This document shows, one piece after another, positions 20,129-31,179 of a DNA stretch of 64,000 bases. The DNA is from Nitrospirota bacterium (lineage in GTDB: Bacteria > Nitrospirota > UBA9217): the NCBI GenBank assembly GCA_963840455.1, contig CAWIYV010000007.1, positions 384,001-448,000 of the forward strand, given 5' to 3'. How positions within the stretch are numbered: the first letter of the stretch is position 1; each line of letters opens with the position of its first letter. The notes under the pieces were generated by a model that did no database searches, was not told the DNA's origin, and worked only from the letters and a program-made list of their open reading frames with translations. The position numbers were made by a program, and so were the translations under genes.

Positions 20129-21130
20129 ATGAGACAAAATGTTACCGGCACGGTCCTGGTCACCGGCGGCACCGGCTTCGTGGGGAGCCACCTTGTCGAG
20201 CTGCTGATCGCTAGGGGCTATGATGTCGTCTGCCTCGTGAGGGACCTTCAGAGGCTCCGGTGGCTCCAGGGGCTGAAGGTGCGGTTGGTCAGGGGAGACT
20301 GTCAGGATCCGACGTCGCTGACAGCAGCGGTCAAGAATGCCGCGATGGTCTTTCACCTGGCCGGTCTCACCAAGGCATTTCGCGCACGCGATTATTACGA
20401 GGTGAACCATATCGGCACCCGGAACCTCCTCGAGGCGTGCGCGCGTCACAATCCCGGGCTCAGGAAGTTCATCCTCGTTTCCAGTCTTGCCGCCGCCGGT
20501 CCCGCCGCTGGCGGCAGGCCGATACGGGATACCGACCTTCCGCGGCCGGTATCGGATTACGGGAGGAGCAAGCTTCTCGGAGAGGCGGAGACGCTCCGCT
20601 TCCGGGAACGGTTCCCCATCGTGACCCTCCGGCCCGCTGCGGTATACGGCCCGCGCGATACCGATGTGTTCGAGCTGTTCAAGTGGGCATCGAAGGGCCT
20701 TATTCTCGACATTCGCGGCGGGGAGCGCTTCCTGAACTGGTGCTATGTAGATGACCTGGCCGAAGCCCTGCTCCTTGCAGGCGAGCGCAGGGTTCCGAGC
20801 GGCAGCAGGTATTTCATCGCCGAGGACCGGGTGTATTCAACGACGGAATTCCACCAGGCGCTGCAGCGGACCGGCGGCGTGAACGCGAAGGTCATCAAGG
20901 TGCCGGTCTGGATGGGATATGCCATCGGAGCGCTGTCCGAGACGGCCGGCGCCCTCCGGGGCAAGGCAACGATCATGAGCCGACAGAAGGTCCGGGAGGC
21001 GGTCCAGCAATACTGGACCTGCGACCTGGGCAGGACCCGTGACGATCTTGGCTTCAGCGCAGGTGTTCCGCTGGAGCAGGGGCTCGAACGCACCTGGAAG
21101 TGGTATCGGGATAATAATTGGGTCCGTTGA
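20129..21130 (+). CDS. NAD-dependent epimerase/extended SDR; candidate 3-keto-ceramide/sphinganine reductase
   Basis: TGGTGFVG Rossmann motif, SS, YGRSK; the reductase role is inferred from adjacency to spt. Confidence 0.8.
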   Translation: MRQNVTGTVLVTGGTGFVGSHLVELLIARGYDVVCLVRDLQRLRWLQGLKVRLVRGDCQDPTSLTAAVKNAAMVFHLAGLTKAFRARDYYEVNHIGTRNLLEACARHNPGLRKFILVSSLAAAGPAAGGRPIRDTDLPRPVSDYGRSKLLGEAETLRFRERFPIVTLRPAAVYGPRDTDVFELFKWASKGLILDIRGGERFLNWCYVDDLAEALLLAGERRVPSGSRYFIAEDRVYSTTEFHQALQRTGGVNAKVIKVPVWMGYAIGALSETAGALRGKATIMSRQKVREAVQQYWTCDLGRTRDDLGFSAGVPLEQGLERTWKWYRDNNWVR

Positions 21131-21174
21131 TCAGGTCTGCGAAATTCATTATGGGATGAGAGGGAGGCAGTACA

Positions 21175-22356
21175 TTGGATCTTTTTGAAAAGTGCACGAA
21201 GTACACCGCGGCAAAAGAGGTGATGGCCGCCGGATTCTATCCATACTTCCGCGTGGTGGAATCGGAGCAGAACCCCGAGGTGATCGTGGAAGGCCATAAG
21301 ATGATCATGCTCGGGTCGAACAACTACCTCGGCCTTACGAGCCACCCCAAGGTGAAGGAAGCGGCCATCGAGGCGGTGAAGAAGTACGGGAGCGGGTGCG
21401 CGGGCTCACGCTTCCTGAACGGCACCCTCGATATCCATGTGCAGCTCGAGAAGAAGTTGGCCAAGTTCTTCCGGAAGGAGAACGCTCTGACCTTCTCCAC
21501 CGGTTACCAGACGAACCTCGGCATCATCTCGTCCATTGCCGGAAAGGACGACGTGGTCGTCATCGACAAGCTGGACCACGCCAGCATCATCGACGCCTGC
21601 CGGCTGTCCTATGCCGATGTCAAGAAGTTCAAGCATAACGACATGAAGAGCCTCGAGTTCATCCTCTCGGAGTGCGGGGACCGGGGCAAGCTCGTCGTCA
21701 TCGACGGCGTGTACAGCATGGAAGGGGACATCGCGCCGCTGCCGGAGATCGTCAAGGTCTGCAAGAAGTACGGAGCGCGTATCATGGTCGATGACGCCCA
21801 CGGCGTCGGCGTGCTAGGGAAAACGGGACGCGGCACGGCGGAGCACTTCGGGCTCGAGAAGGACGTGGACATCATCATGGGCACCTACAGCAAGTCCATG
21901 GCCTCCATCGGCGGGTTCGTGGCTGCGAGCGAGGACGTGATCCATTACATCAAACATACCTCACGGCCGCTCATCTTCTCGGCGAGCCCGCCGCCGGCCT
22001 CGGTGGCGTCGGTCATCGCCGCCCTCGACGTCATCGACCAGGAGCCGGAGCGCAGGGAACGACTCTGGCACAATACGAACAAGATGATGAAGGCTTTCAA
22101 GAACATGGGGTATGACACCGGGACCTCGGAGACGCCCATCATCCCACTGCTCATGGGCGAGATGGAGCGGGCGTTCATGATGTGGAAGATCCTGAGCGAC
22201 GAGGGCGTGTTCGTGAACCCGGTGGCACCTCCGGCAACTCCACCGGGACGCTGCCTCATCCGCACGAGCTACATGGCGACCCATACCGATGAACAACTCG
22301 ACCGGGTGCTCGTGATCATGGAGCAGGCAGGGAAAAAACTGGGTGTGATACAATAA
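21175..22356 (+). CDS. spt: Serine palmitoyltransferase (alpha-oxoamine synthase family)
   Basis: YPYFR.ES.Q..EV, GSNNYLGL, GCAGSRFLNGTLD.H, DHASI, GTYSKS PLP lysine; resembles Bacteroidota Spt as recalled; TTG start with GGGAGG SD. Confidence 0.82.
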   Translation: MDLFEKCTKYTAAKEVMAAGFYPYFRVVESEQNPEVIVEGHKMIMLGSNNYLGLTSHPKVKEAAIEAVKKYGSGCAGSRFLNGTLDIHVQLEKKLAKFFRKENALTFSTGYQTNLGIISSIAGKDDVVVIDKLDHASIIDACRLSYADVKKFKHNDMKSLEFILSECGDRGKLVVIDGVYSMEGDIAPLPEIVKVCKKYGARIMVDDAHGVGVLGKTGRGTAEHFGLEKDVDIIMGTYSKSMASIGGFVAASEDVIHYIKHTSRPLIFSASPPPASVASVIAALDVIDQEPERRERLWHNTNKMMKAFKNMGYDTGTSETPIIPLLMGEMERAFMMWKILSDEGVFVNPVAPPATPPGRCLIRTSYMATHTDEQLDRVLVIMEQAGKKLGVIQ

Positions 22357-22494
22357 CCGGGATCGTGAGCATGAAAAGGCGGAAAAGCGTTTTGAAGGGA
22401 TACAGGATAGAATTGTGATACTACCCCTCCTGTTGATCCTGATGATCCTGTGAACCTTTCAATGGCTCCCTAGTATTCCGACTGCTAAACTACC

Positions 22495-23613
22495 ATGCAG
22501 ATCGAACTTGTTTCCGATAAAAAGGGCCTCGAACAGTTCATTCGGTTCCCCTGGGCAGTGTATGAGGGGAACTCGAACTGGGTCCCGCCGCTCATCAGCG
22601 AGATGGAGTTCATCCTTGGCGAGAAGAACCCGTTCTTCCATCACGCCGAGGCCGCCTACTTCCTTGCGAAAGATGGGGAAAACGTCGTTGGCCGCATCGC
22701 CGCAATCATCGACCGCAATCACATCAATACGCACAACGAACAGGCGGGATTCTTCGGGTTCTACGAAGCCCTTCCCGATCCTGCCGTCGCCTGCGGCCTC
22801 CTGGACGCGGCAGCTGCATGGCTAAAAGAGCGCGAAATCGAGGTCATGCGCGGGCCCATAAACCCGTCCACGAACGATGAATGCGGATTCCTGCTCGAAG
22901 GGTTCGATTCCCCGCCGATGATCATGATGACCTATACGCCGCGGTACTATCTCGACCACATGGAGCGCTGCGGCATGGAAAAGGCCAGGGACCTCTATGC
23001 GTATATCTCGATCATCCCGGAGGTCTCGGCCGGCGGCAGGCTCGAACGGCTCTCCTCCGGGGTGCATGCGCGGGTGCCCGGCCTCACCGTGCGGCCGGCG
23101 AACATGAAGCAGTTCCATCGGGAACTGGAATCGGTCAAGGAGATCTACAACTCGGCATGGAGCCACAACTGGGGGTTCGTCCCCATGACCGAAGAGGAGA
23201 TCGAGTCCATGGCGAAGCGGCTCAAGCCGCTCATCGTCCCGGAGCTGCTGATCATGGTCGAGGTGAACGGCGCCCCCGCAGCGTTCTTCATGGCCCTGCC
23301 GGACTACAACCAGGTCCTTCGCCGGGTCAACGGGCGGCTGGGGCCCATGGGCATCCTGAAGTTCCTGTGGTACTCCCGGAAGATCTCCGACATCCGCGTG
23401 CTCACCATGGGGGTGAAAGAGGAATACCGCAAGAAAGGCATCGAGGGCCTGCTGTACCTCGAGTCCTTCAAGGCAGCCATGAAGAAAGGCTATGAACGGG
23501 CAGAGATGTCCTGGGTGCTGGAGGACAACCTCCTCATGCAGCGCGGCTGCGAGCTCATGGGCGGGAAACTGTACAAGAAGTACCGCATCTACGAGAAGAA
23601 GATCCGAGCATGA
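22495..23613 (+). CDS. GNAT-fold protein; bacterial ceramide synthase (bCerS)-like
   Basis: FIRFPW..Y...NWVPPL, NPFF, VGRIAA, GFFGFYE, AWSHNWGFVP, LPDYN, EMSWVLEDN, YKKYRIYEK. Confidence 0.78.
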   Translation: MQIELVSDKKGLEQFIRFPWAVYEGNSNWVPPLISEMEFILGEKNPFFHHAEAAYFLAKDGENVVGRIAAIIDRNHINTHNEQAGFFGFYEALPDPAVACGLLDAAAAWLKEREIEVMRGPINPSTNDECGFLLEGFDSPPMIMMTYTPRYYLDHMERCGMEKARDLYAYISIIPEVSAGGRLERLSSGVHARVPGLTVRPANMKQFHRELESVKEIYNSAWSHNWGFVPMTEEEIESMAKRLKPLIVPELLIMVEVNGAPAAFFMALPDYNQVLRRVNGRLGPMGILKFLWYSRKISDIRVLTMGVKEEYRKKGIEGLLYLESFKAAMKKGYERAEMSWVLEDNLLMQRGCELMGGKLYKKYRIYEKKIRA

Positions 23614-24197
23614 AGCATATCGGACGCAAGCTCTACCACCTCCTCGGCGGGCTCGCCTTGCTTACGCTCTATTACCTGCTGGGCAGGCGGAACGCGCTGG
23701 TCTGCTACGGTCTCCTCTTCCTGGTCGTTCTTGCCGTCGATATCACCCGCCTTCGCGTGCCCGCGTTCAACCAGTTCATCCAGACGCGGCTTAGCAGCTT
23801 CATCCGGAAGAACGAGGCAAACAAAATCACCGGCACGGCGCCCTATGTGCTCGGCATCGGGTTGACGCTGTTGTTCTACCGTACCGATATCGCCACGGCT
23901 GCCATCTGTTTTCTCGCGTTCGGTGATGTGGCGGCGACGACCGTTGGGGAGCGGTATGGACGGACGAAGATCGTAGGTGATAAAAGCCTGGAAGGGACCC
24001 TGGCATTTGCGGTCATTGCTGTTGCATCCGGGCTGGCGCTCCCGCTGGTCGGTGTCCACCTTGCGCCCGGCCTCATCGCGGCAGGATCGTTCGTGGCTGC
24101 AGGTGTGGAACTGGTCCCCCTGCGCGTTAACGATAACCTCGTGATCCCCGTGGTATCAGGCGGGGCCATGGAACTGATCGCGCGGCTTGGCGGCTGA
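23610..24197 (+). CDS. CTP-dependent lipid kinase (Sec59/Dgk1/Vte5 family)
   Basis: RKLYH, LAFGDVAATTVG..YG, KSLEG, VE..P..VNDNLVIP. Confidence 0.8.
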   Translation: MKHIGRKLYHLLGGLALLTLYYLLGRRNALVCYGLLFLVVLAVDITRLRVPAFNQFIQTRLSSFIRKNEANKITGTAPYVLGIGLTLLFYRTDIATAAICFLAFGDVAATTVGERYGRTKIVGDKSLEGTLAFAVIAVASGLALPLVGVHLAPGLIAAGSFVAAGVELVPLRVNDNLVIPVVSGGAMELIARLGG

Positions 24198-25061
24198 ACA
24201 TGAGGACCATGCGTAAAGCGGTGGGGCAAGGTACACGGTGAGCACGGTCAGCGCGATGCCTGCCAGGACATCGACGACGTAGTGGTAGCGAAGGTACACG
24301 GTGGACAGGATGAGCCCGGTCACCGCCGGCAGGAGCAGTGCGGTCAGGACCCGTTCCCGGAACTTCCTTGCGTAGTAGAGCGTCATCAGGGCGACGGCGG
24401 TATGGCCGCTCGGGAACGCATCGGTCTTGGTGTTCTCGAGGGCGTTCAACGTTTCCTGGATGGATGTGACAAGCGGTCCGGCAGCCAGGTCCCGCGTCTG
24501 CAGATGCGCAAGGGTGAAGCGGGGGCCAACAGCAGGGACCAAAAGGTAGCCGACGTAGGACAGGTAGAAACAGAGGATAATACCGAAGATCGCTTCGTCG
24601 AAGGCGGTCTCGTTCTTTTTCAGGAAGAGCACGGCGCCCAGGACGATGGCCATGGGATAATAGCTGATGTAGGCGAACTGCAGCACCGTGGTCAGCAGGG
24701 GATGGACGAACCGTTCGAGCAGGACCGTGGGGTGATGTCCCCCGAAGAGCCGGAAGTCGGCCCTGATGAGCAGGTCGTCGAAGGTGCAGGGCCAGACCCA
24801 GGGAATGATATCTCCCATGCTGTTGAACAGGACCGGGACGATCAGGACCGGAAGGAACGAATGGACGGTGCGCGCCCAGGTCGGCGCCTTCGGGAACGAG
24901 GCGTACCGGCTGATGAGGACCAGGAAAACGATAAGGGCGGCAAAGCGGGCAACAAGCCGCCCCGCGTGGGGCAGCCGGGGCGACGCGGCGAGCGTGACCG
25001 CGGCCAGGAGCGCGATGAAGGCGATCGAGAGCAGGTCGACAGGCTTGAGGGTCCTGCGCAT
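24156..25061 (-). CDS. PAP2-family membrane protein, Aur1/IPC-synthase-like
   Basis: PAVGPR, AFPSGH, STVYLRYHYVVDVLAG; D..L...D..LFG. Confidence 0.8.
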   Translation of the reverse strand: MRRTLKPVDLLSIAFIALLAAVTLAASPRLPHAGRLVARFAALIVFLVLISRYASFPKAPTWARTVHSFLPVLIVPVLFNSMGDIIPWVWPCTFDDLLIRADFRLFGGHHPTVLLERFVHPLLTTVLQFAYISYYPMAIVLGAVLFLKKNETAFDEAIFGIILCFYLSYVGYLLVPAVGPRFTLAHLQTRDLAAGPLVTSIQETLNALENTKTDAFPSGHTAVALMTLYYARKFRERVLTALLLPAVTGLILSTVYLRYHYVVDVLAGIALTVLTVYLAPPLYAWSSCSAAKPRDQFHGPA

Positions 25062-25119
25062 GACCTCTTATACAATACCTCCCCGCTAATTGCAAGAGCA
25101 TCTATGTTATACTCGAACT

Positions 25120-26442
25120 ATGCATAAGAGCGCCCGATCAGCCCTGCTCGTTCTTGCGGTCCTGCTGCCGTCTATCAGTGCATTTGACGATGGCCATGCA
25201 GCGGAAAAGCTCTCCCTGACGCAATGCCTCGAAACGGCGCTCAAGAACCAGCCGGCGATCAGGGCGGCCCAGGAGAACGTTCGTGCCGGTCAAGGCCGGG
25301 AGACCCAGGCGGCATCGCCCTATTTCCCGCAGCTCACGGCAAGTACCGGTTATTCCGAGAGCCATGCCCCCCTGGGAGGTGCGTTCGGAGACAGTACAAC
25401 GAAGAGCTATACCACGAGCCTGTCGTTGAGCCAGACGCTCTATGACTTCGGGAAAACCGGAAATGCCTATGACGCAGCGAAATTGGGTACGCTGTCGCTG
25501 GAGCGGGATGCGGAACGGATCAGCCAGGAGGTCGTGCTGAATGTCAAACAGTCCTATTACGCGCTGCTGGCGGCCAAGAAGCTCGTCGAGGTAGCCCAGA
25601 AAACGATCGAGCAGACCGAAAGCCATCTGAAACAGGCCGAGGCGTTCTTTCGCGCGGGATCAAAACCGAGATACGACGTGACGCGGGCCGAGGTGGAAGT
25701 GAACAACGCGAATCTCGGCCTGATCAACGCAAAGAACGGTGTGCGCATAAGGACGATCGCCCTGAACAACGCCATGGGGATCGATCCGGGGAGGGCCACG
25801 GAGATCGTGGAGGAGCTTCCCTCCGTCCCGCTTCTTCCGTCGCTGGACAAGGCGCAGGCGGACGCCCTTCAGAACCGTCCGGACATGAAACGGATGGAGG
25901 CTGACATCGAGGCGGCCCGGGCCCGGCTGACGGCGGAGCGGTCGAACCACCTTCCGACGCTCTCGGCGAACGCCGCCTACAACTGGGCGAACGGCACTAC
26001 CGAGATGGGACCGTTCATGGGGACGATGTTCAAGGGAGACGTCCAGAACAGCTGGAACGCCGGGATCATGCTGACCCTGCCCCTGTTCCAGGGAGGCCTG
26101 ACGGCGGGCCGGGTCGCCGAGGCGCGGGCGAATCTGCTTGCGCTTGAAGCCCAGCGGGACGCGATGAAGCAGTCGATCCTCCTGGAGGTGAACCAGGCCT
26201 TTGCCGATCTCGAGAGCGCGGCCGCGCGGGTGGAGGTCATGGAGAAGACCCTGCAAAAAGCGCGGGAAAATCTTGATATCGCCCAGGGCAGATATAAAGC
26301 AGGGGTCGGTCCCTATATTGAAGTGACAGACGCCCAGCTTTCCTCGGTCAATTCAGAAACAGACCATATCAAGGCGCTGTATGATTATCACCTTGCGATC
26401 GCGCAGCTCCAGAAAGCAATGGGCATCAAAAGCTATGAATAA
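25120..26442 (+). CDS. TolC-family outer-membrane protein
   Basis: Signal peptide, YFPQL...QTLYDFG, LPTL...LPLFQGG. Confidence 0.88.
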   Translation: MHKSARSALLVLAVLLPSISAFDDGHAAEKLSLTQCLETALKNQPAIRAAQENVRAGQGRETQAASPYFPQLTASTGYSESHAPLGGAFGDSTTKSYTTSLSLSQTLYDFGKTGNAYDAAKLGTLSLERDAERISQEVVLNVKQSYYALLAAKKLVEVAQKTIEQTESHLKQAEAFFRAGSKPRYDVTRAEVEVNNANLGLINAKNGVRIRTIALNNAMGIDPGRATEIVEELPSVPLLPSLDKAQADALQNRPDMKRMEADIEAARARLTAERSNHLPTLSANAAYNWANGTTEMGPFMGTMFKGDVQNSWNAGIMLTLPLFQGGLTAGRVAEARANLLALEAQRDAMKQSILLEVNQAFADLESAAARVEVMEKTLQKARENLDIAQGRYKAGVGPYIEVTDAQLSSVNSETDHIKALYDYHLAIAQLQKAMGIKSYE

Positions 26443-26488
26443 CACGAGGCCGTAGAAGGTCGTTGACGGAGAGAGGGGAGGAAAAGCA

Positions 26489-26947
26489 ATGCCGCGAGTA
26501 GAATCAGTGTTCAGGGTCAAACTCCCTGTCAGGGCAGTGTGGTCCTTTATGTCGGACCGCAACGAAGTGGGCTGTCTGTTCCCGGGATGCAAGGGTGTCA
26601 AGATCTTAGATGATCTGGACGCGATATGGAAGGTGCGCGTGACCTTCGGGCCCTTTGCCCGGCTCGTGGAGCTGAAGACCCACACGACGGCGTTCAAGGA
26701 GTTTGAGCAGCTTTCCTGGATCGGCAGCGGCGGAGACATCCACATGTCAGGTGACGTCATGCTGAAAAAGGTCTCGGACGACGAGACCGAGGTGGTCTAT
26801 CATCTGGAAGGGCATGTGACCGGGCCGTTCGCCATGCTGCAGGACATTGTGGTGGCGGAGAAGCTGCGGGAGGTGAAGAAGAAGTTCATCAAGAACATCA
26901 AGGACGAGCTCGAGTGGCAGCTGGATGAGGGCGTGGAAAAGAAATGA
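26489..26947 (+). CDS. CoxG/SRPBCC (START-like) ligand-binding protein
   Basis: VW.FMSD..EVG.LFPGC..V pattern typical of CoxG. Confidence 0.72.
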   Translation: MPRVESVFRVKLPVRAVWSFMSDRNEVGCLFPGCKGVKILDDLDAIWKVRVTFGPFARLVELKTHTTAFKEFEQLSWIGSGGDIHMSGDVMLKKVSDDETEVVYHLEGHVTGPFAMLQDIVVAEKLREVKKKFIKNIKDELEWQLDEGVEKK

Positions 26948-28047
26948 CGCTGCTCAGGAACAAGAAGGTGCTGATGGCTGCCGCGGTGGTGATCGTCATT
27001 GTGCTCGCCGTCGTAATGACCGGCAAGAAACCGGTGCCGGTCAAGGTCATTGAGATCAAGCGGGGAGAATTGCGCGTCATCGTGAATGCGACGACCACGT
27101 CGACGGTAAAGTCGGAATACGAGGTCACGCTTTCCGCGCAGCGCACGGGAAGGGTCGTCACGCTGCCGGTGCGGGAAGGGGACCGGGTCAAGGCCGGAGA
27201 CCTGATCGCACGGCTTGATCTGACCGAAGAATCCGTCCAGTCCGAGAGCGTTCTGGCCCAGAGCAGGGCAACATACGGGGAAACGGAGAAGAACCTCAAG
27301 CGCTCGGAAGATCTTTTTGCGAACGGGATGATCGCCCAGCAGGACCTCGACAGCGCACGCAGAGCGTTCGAGGTGGCACGGTCCCAGTATGAAGCCTCCC
27401 GGGACGATGTCAAGGTCAAGAAGGACTATTCCGTCATCAGGACGCCCTATGGCGGTGTGGTGTCGAAGAAATACACGGAGGTAGGCGAGCTGCTCCTGCC
27501 CGGGAAGCAGATCGTGACCGTCGTGGACCCTGACCGTATCTATGTGCTGGCGACCATCGATGAGGTGGATGTGGGACGGCTTCGTCTGGGGCAGCCGGTG
27601 GCCATCAGCATTGACGCGTTCCCGGGCGAGAAGTTCAACGGCACCATCAGGCGGATATCGCCCATCGTAAGCGGCGGAAAGCTGGAGACCCGGACCGCGG
27701 ACGTGTGGATCTATTTCACGGCGAAGGACGCCAGGATCAAGCCGGGGATGTCCGCCGACGTCGAGATCCTCATCACGACGCTCACGGGGGTCCTGTCCGC
27801 TCCATCACAGGCCATCGTGGAGCGCGACGGCAAGAAGCAGGTCTATGTCGCTGAAGGAACGAACCTTGCCCCGGGTGCCACTACCCGTGTGCGTCTGCAG
27901 CCTGTGGAGATCGGCGAAAGCAACTGGGTGAGTACGGAGATCAGGAACGGCCTGAAGGCCGGGGAGTTCGTTGTTACCACGCCCGAAGTGGAAGGACTGA
28001 AGGATGGCGTCAGAATCGTCGTCGAGAAAGAGAAAAATTCCCGTTAG
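26944..28047 (+). CDS. Membrane-fusion (periplasmic adaptor) protein, MacA-like
   Basis: GRV..LPVREGDRVKAGDLIARLD, IRTPYGGVV, IDEVDVG, KPGMSA. Confidence 0.92.
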   Translation: MTLLRNKKVLMAAAVVIVIVLAVVMTGKKPVPVKVIEIKRGELRVIVNATTTSTVKSEYEVTLSAQRTGRVVTLPVREGDRVKAGDLIARLDLTEESVQSESVLAQSRATYGETEKNLKRSEDLFANGMIAQQDLDSARRAFEVARSQYEASRDDVKVKKDYSVIRTPYGGVVSKKYTEVGELLLPGKQIVTVVDPDRIYVLATIDEVDVGRLRLGQPVAISIDAFPGEKFNGTIRRISPIVSGGKLETRTADVWIYFTAKDARIKPGMSADVEILITTLTGVLSAPSQAIVERDGKKQVYVAEGTNLAPGATTRVRLQPVEIGESNWVSTEIRNGLKAGEFVVTTPEVEGLKDGVRIVVEKEKNSR

Positions 28048-28059
28048 CATACCCCTGCC

Positions 28060-28733
<674 letters not shown>

Positions 28734-28737
<4 letters not shown>

Positions 28738-29942
28738 ACTTCATCGAGATATTCAGGGTCGCGCTGGAGGCCATCCTTTCGAACAAGGTGCGGTCCGGCT
28801 TAACCATGCTTGGCGTGATCATCGGGGTGCTCGCGGTGATCTTGCTGGTCTCGATCGGCGAAGGGGCACAGGTCTACATCACCAAGGAACTCACGGGCAT
28901 GGGAACGAACCTCCTCATGATCACACCGGGGAAAACGAGCACGAGCGGCGGCTTCCATCCTCCCTCAGCAGGAACAGTGCGCAAACTGACCTATGATGAT
29001 TCGCAGGCGCTCAAGCGCCGCGCCTGGCTCCTGAGCGATGCAGTACCGCTTGTGTTCGGCACCGGACGGATAAAATACCAGAACATGGGCCGCGACACCA
29101 TGATCATCGGAACAACGCCGGAGTTCCAGAGCATCCGGCACCTCTTCGTCGACACCGGCAGCTATGTGACCCAGGGGGATGTGGATTCCAAGGCGAAGAT
29201 CGTGGTGCTCGGCACGAAGGTGAAGGAGGAGCTGTTCGGCCAGGAGAATGCGCTCGGCAAGGCCGTGACACTTTCCGACGCCCGCTACCGCGTCGTCGGG
29301 GTGATGCAAAAGCGGGGGACGAGCCTTGGCATGGACCTCGATGATATCGTGTTCATACCCGTCACGAGCGGACAGGAGCTGTTCGACACCGATGGGCTGT
29401 TCGAGATCATCGCCTCGACACCCCGGGCAGAGGACGTGGACCGGGCCATCAGCCAGATCAAGGAGGTCCTGATTAAACGGCACGCGCACAAGGAGGATTT
29501 CACCATCCAGACCCAGGGTGCCATGCTCTCGACCATGAATACCATTTTGAACATCCTGACCGCGGTGCTCGGGGGCATTGCCGGAATCTCGCTGCTCGTG
29601 GGCGGGATCGGGATCATGAACATCATGCTGGTCTCTGTCCGCGAACGCACGCGGGAGATCGGCATCAGGAAGGCCATCGGTGCCCGGAACAGCGATATCA
29701 TGGCTCAGTTCATGATCGAGGCGATCACGCTGTCCGGCGTCGGCGGGGTCATTGGCATCGTGCTCGGTGTGGGCATCGCGCTCCTGATCCCGATGTTCGT
29801 CACGGTGCTCCCGACGAGCATATCGCTCTGGTCCATTGTGATGGCCTTCACCTTCTCCATGGCGGTCGGTGTGTTCTTTGGCGTGTACCCGGCCCGCAAG
29901 GCATCGCTTCAGGACCCTATCTCCGCACTACGCTACGAATAG
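28734..29942 (+). CDS. MacB/FtsX-type ABC permease
   Basis: RSGLTMLGVIIG, VGGIGIMNIMLVSVRERTREIGIRKAIGA, YPARKAS..DPI.ALRYE. Confidence 0.94.
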
Positions 29943-30019
29943 GTGGAAAATTGTACGCATATTTGGTATAGTTACTGGCAAGGAAACGATATAATTCGGA
30001 CGGCAGGAGGGTATTCTTG

Positions 30020-30523
30020 ATGGAAAAGCGAAGTGGCGTCTTTCTGGTGAAAACTGACTGGTGGTATATCGAACGACTTGTGTGGCTCATTGCCGGGACT
30101 GATGTGGTCTTGAGCTCGATCCTGACCGCGGTCCATAGCCCCAACTGGGCGTTCTCAATCCTCTTCGTCGGTGTCTGCTCCATAACCGTGGCGCTCACCG
30201 GTTTCTGCATTGTCGGAAATGCTCTCTACTTCCTCGGCGTGAGGCCGCTGGTGCCTGACAAAAGGACCTATGACAAGGGAAAATGGAACGGTCTGTATTT
30301 TATGGAGAACAATGAGTGGTTCCTGGAGCGGTACATCTACGTGTTCGTCGGCGTGAACCTGTCCATCAGTTCGATGCTGGCGCGCTTTGTCAGCCCCTAT
30401 TGGCTCTATTTCACCGGCTTTGTCGGCACCGCCACCATCCTCTTCGCCTTCACCGGCTTCTGCATCATGGCGAACTTCCTGTACCGCCTGGGTCTCGAGC
30501 CCCGGATGTGCCGGAACATCTGA
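30020..30523 (+). CDS. Tandem DUF2892 (YgaP-like) membrane protein
   Basis: Internal duplication W..ER.....AG/VG...TGFCI..N.LY.LG. Confidence 0.7.
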   Translation: MEKRSGVFLVKTDWWYIERLVWLIAGTDVVLSSILTAVHSPNWAFSILFVGVCSITVALTGFCIVGNALYFLGVRPLVPDKRTYDKGKWNGLYFMENNEWFLERYIYVFVGVNLSISSMLARFVSPYWLYFTGFVGTATILFAFTGFCIMANFLYRLGLEPRMCRNI

Positions 30524-30609
30524 ATGGTCGTGCAAGACTGTCGGAGGCATAGCACCTGCTTTGTCCGGCCATGCGCTCGTTCGATGGGTCAGTAGTCGGA
30601 TTCCGCTCG

Positions 30610-31068
30610 CTAGAACTTACCCGCGTGCCGCTCGAGCGTCGATCGCGCAATACGATAATCATCTCCTTCCTGCGTTCCCTCGATCCTGATCGGGAAACAG
30701 CCCCCGATGCCCTTCTCCAGCTTGTACACCGAATAGGTCGTATCACAGGCCCTGCATACGACGTAACCATCTTTAGACTCGTATCCAAGCTTCCGGGGAT
30801 AGCAGGTGAGACAGGCGTCCAGGAAGGAGAGGACCACGTCCTTCATCCGGATCACGAAGAAGTTGACATCTTTGCCTTTTGTTCGAAAGGAGTAGAACTG
30901 CGGCGTCTCAAGCGGGAGCGATGCCGTATGGATCACGACATTTTCGCCTTCGATCGGAGGCGCGGCATAGCGCGGCTGGCGGGAACAGGCCGCAAGTGAA
31001 GCGAAGGCTCCGACCAGGCACGAGGTCGCCAATAGATATTTGATGAAGGCAAGGCGAAAATGTCTCAT
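30610..31068 (-). CDS. DUF2318/FtrD-like Fe-S protein
   Basis: DACLTC...GY...VVCRAC...GGCFPI. Confidence 0.75.
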   Translation of the reverse strand: MRHFRLAFIKYLLATSCLVGAFASLAACSRQPRYAAPPIEGENVVIHTASLPLETPQFYSFRTKGKDVNFFVIRMKDVVLSFLDACLTCYPRKLGYESKDGYVVCRACDTTYSVYKLEKGIGGCFPIRIEGTQEGDDYRIARSTLERHAGKF

Positions 31069-31179
31069 TGTGAACTCTTTTCCCAGGCGCACGGCAGGTA
31101 CGGATACAGGGCCGCGAGGACATCTGCAGCGGCATACCGCCCCGGGCAGATGCAGAGCATCCGCCCGGGGTTGAACGCC

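Noticed and set aside
21175-22356. bioF or kbl annotation
   Set aside because: No bio or tdh genes nearby; N-terminal YPYFR and GCAGSRFLNGT motifs and the neighbours favour Spt
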